64,000 bases of DNA from Acidimicrobiia bacterium (lineage in GTDB: Bacteria; Actinomycetota; Acidimicrobiia; IMCC26256; JBMOIW01): assembly GCA_049317145.1 (NCBI GenBank), contig JBMOIW010000002.1, forward strand, positions 2,121 to 66,120, read 5' to 3'. The notes under the pieces were generated by a model. That model had not been told where the DNA came from, did not search any database, and was given only the letters and a program-made list of their open reading frames with translations. Made by a program: the position numbers and the translations under genes. Shown here piece by piece: positions 63,591-64,000 of this stretch; within the stretch, counting starts at the first letter, position 1, and the number at the start of each line of letters is the position of its first letter.

Positions 63591-64000
63591 TAGCGTGGAA
63601 CCGCGATCGAGGTCACTGCTGCTTGAATCGCTTGGACTGCCTGGTAGCCCTCGAGCTCCGCTTCGGGAGTAAGCAAAATGCGGTGACGCAGCACCGCTGG
63701 TGCCATCCACGCAACGTCGTCGGGCGTGACGAACGAACGTCCAAGCAGCCGAGCACCTGCCTTTGCTGCGGCTAACAAGTGCACTGCTGCACGTGGGCTC
63801 GCTCCCGTACTCACGCTCGGAAGTTCGCGCGTGCGACGCGCCAGCAACGCAACGTACCGGGCCACTTCGGGAGAAACCGTTGTGGCATCAACCTCGGCGC
63901 GTAACGCAAGCAGCTCATCGGCGTTCGTTACGGCGCGAACATCCGCGAGCGTGGTCGGTTCAACTCCGGAGTGGGTGAGCTCGAGCATTGCGATCTCGCT
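63590..64000 (-). CDS. MoxR-family AAA+ ATPase (C-terminal part; N-terminus beyond right edge)
   Basis: The frame is open to position 64000. 'SPRAAVHLLAAAKAGARLLGRSFVTPDDVAWMAPAVLRHRILL' is the MoxR lid/C-terminal region. Confidence 0.85.
   Translation of the reverse strand, partial: SEIAMLELTHSGVEPTTLADVRAVTNADELLALRAEVDATTVSPEVARYVALLARRTRELPSVSTGASPRAAVHLLAAAKAGARLLGRSFVTPDDVAWMAPAVLRHRILLTPEAELEGYQAVQAIQAAVTSIAVPR

Noticed and set aside
1-64000. CRISPR arrays, IS elements or transposases, rRNA operons and prophage blocks.
   Set aside because: I saw no regularly spaced direct repeats, transposase or integrase-like ORFs, rRNA-like sequence or phage structural genes anywhere in the window.

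Overview
GC-rich chromosomal segment whose gene content points to Actinomycetota. This is an inference from the MSMEG_4193-phosphomutase/DUF3090/SCO1664 trio, DUF3151, DUF4190, an FrhB-like F420 protein and many GTG/TTG starts. I call about 63 protein genes, 5 tRNAs and an SRP (4.5S) RNA. The tRNAs are Arg-ACG plus four serine isoacceptors (UGA, GCU, CGA, GGA). I saw no rRNA, CRISPR array, transposase or integrase. Housekeeping blocks: pheA-serS-tRNA-Ser, lysS, lgt, a MacB-type ABC pair, purE, gmd, copZ/copA, an NRAMP transporter, metF, tadA, dnaX-ybaB-recR, metX-metY, and a MoxR/DUF58/SpoIIM-like/RDD cluster. Accessory-looking stretches lie at about 8.5-14.7 kb (two paralogous polytopic membrane proteins bracketing a lipoprotein and a 632-aa orphan) and about 19.7-33.1 kb. 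The most interesting locus is a two-gene minus-strand cassette at 28384..32880, with a broken 5' remnant reaching 33049. The first gene is a MobF/TrwC-like relaxase-helicase whose relaxase catalytic motifs look degenerate and whose N-terminus is frame-broken. The second is an NT5C/HAD-like protein with a long coiled coil. Both end in a related VRR-NUC / PD-(D/E)xK-like 'EVK...GSL(S/T)RxQ...GG' module, and no conjugation machinery lies nearby. I propose it as a candidate undescribed nuclease-helicase (defence or domesticated mobile-element) system; this is hypothesis only. Other notable items: an MntA/HepT toxin-antitoxin pair whose HepT has an in-frame TGA; an ffs-tRNA-Ser-tadA-tRNA-Ser array divergent from dnaX; a metY leader with three 13-nt-phased anti-SD-like repeats; and several tandem paralog pairs of small membrane proteins. 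All family names come from motif recognition by eye. No searches were run.
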